Source: Ostrea edulis
Lineage: Eukaryota
Length of the DNA: 64,000 nucleotides
Direction: 5' to 3'
NCBI RefSeq assembly: GCF_947568905.1
Contig: NC_079172.1
Span: 75,454,001-75,518,000, forward strand
The number at the start of each line of letters is the position of its first letter. Within the stretch, counting starts at the first letter, position 1. The notes beneath the pieces are model-generated. The model was not told the origin of the DNA, ran no database searches, and saw nothing but the letters and a program-made list of their open reading frames with translations. The translations under genes and the position numbers were made by a program. Below, piece by piece: positions 62,954 through 64,000 of this stretch.

Positions 62954-64000
62954 ATGCAAGGTGAAGATAACGAACAGTGATCAATCTCATAATTCCTATA
63001 AGCAATACAAAATAGATAGTTGGGCAAACACGGACCCCTGGACACACCAGAGGTGGGATCAGGTGCCTAGGAGGAGTAAGCATCCCCTGTTGACCGGTCA
63101 CACCCGCCGTGAGCCCTATATCCTGATCAGGTAAACGGAGTTATCCGCAGTCAACATTAGTGTGCCAAGAACGGCTTAACAATCGGTATGAAACACGTCA
63201 GACAGCATTTGAACCAATGATAGGTTGTATTGACGAACTAGATCGTTATAACGACCATAGAATTTGCGAAATGCTGACTTCAATCGAGACTGTTGAAACC
63301 CCTGTACCATCAACTTGTTTGTCAGTAGTTACTTCGATTTAAAAACTGACTATACGCAGAACAAGCTCTTGCATATCGAATCAGTTGAGATATATAAACA
63401 CCATATGCAGGTGATAATGGAATATTGCTACATAAATATGGGAAGTTGACGATGGAGAAGCTGAAATCATCCCGTTTGTCATACAGTTGAGTTGTCAGTT
63501 TGCCGTTAATGTCTACTTTCAATAAAATATCTAAGTATGAAGCAGAAGTGGACGACTCTGTGCTGTTCTTTATTTCGAACTCACAGGGATATATCAAATC
63601 GACATATGAATGGAAGTTATTATTGTTAATGGACAAAACGTCATTGAAATGTCGAATTGAAGGCCACAGCGAGAGATTTTTTTCTTCTCACGTAGAAGTT
63701 TTTGAATAAATTCTGCTTCATATGAATATAGAAACAGGTCAGCTAACAAAGGAGCATAATTCGTGCCCATGGGAATTCCAACAGACTATTGGAAGACCTG
63801 ATCACCAAATACCACGAAGATATTGTCAATGAGGAACTCTAGCATGTTTTTTATTTCAACTTCAGAGTACTTATACGTGGAATCAGAGTGGTGTTTAACA
63901 AAGTAAGGTTTTGAACGACTGATCACTAGATATGAATATTTCCGTTTTCCATTTTTGTTGAAGAAGCAACTGTCTATGATATGAAAAAGTCTAGTCTTTA
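62954..64000 (-). mobile_element. Second Naiad-type PLE copy, continuing beyond the window
   Basis: Colinear with 4744-5800. The YIDD codons are damaged by a small deletion near 63640. Confidence 0.88.

Overview
AT-rich eukaryotic genomic DNA, most likely from a bivalve mollusc (an oyster, inferred from the repeat families), with one 130-N assembly gap at 17674-17803. Only one clear host gene is present: a two-exon, divergent Nodal-like TGF-beta ligand (12739-18586, +). The rest is a dense transposon landscape. Its centre is a nested stack. A DUF6589-type (probable AcademH) transposase pseudogene has one GT-AG intron swollen to about 24.9 kb (23158-48023). That intron holds (i) a 17.7-kb Kolobok element with perfect 21-bp TIRs and TTAA TSDs, and (ii) a 5-kb ISL2EU-type element whose two ORFs (THAP-DDE transposase; SAP-SWIM-YqaJ nuclease) are intact. 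The Kolobok carries a disrupted 11-exon transposase and an intact convergent 4-exon gene with a P2X7-ballast-like Zn domain, and it contains a twin-primed, 5'-inverted L1/Tx1 LINE. Elsewhere are Naiad-type Penelope-like elements, a degenerate minimal hammerhead ribozyme, SINEs sharing a body under two different heads, Helentron-type elements with internal satellites, several TTAA-flanked non-autonomous elements (two forming a ~2-kb palindrome), and hAT, Merlin and RTE remnants. All family names come from motif recognition by eye; no database search was run.
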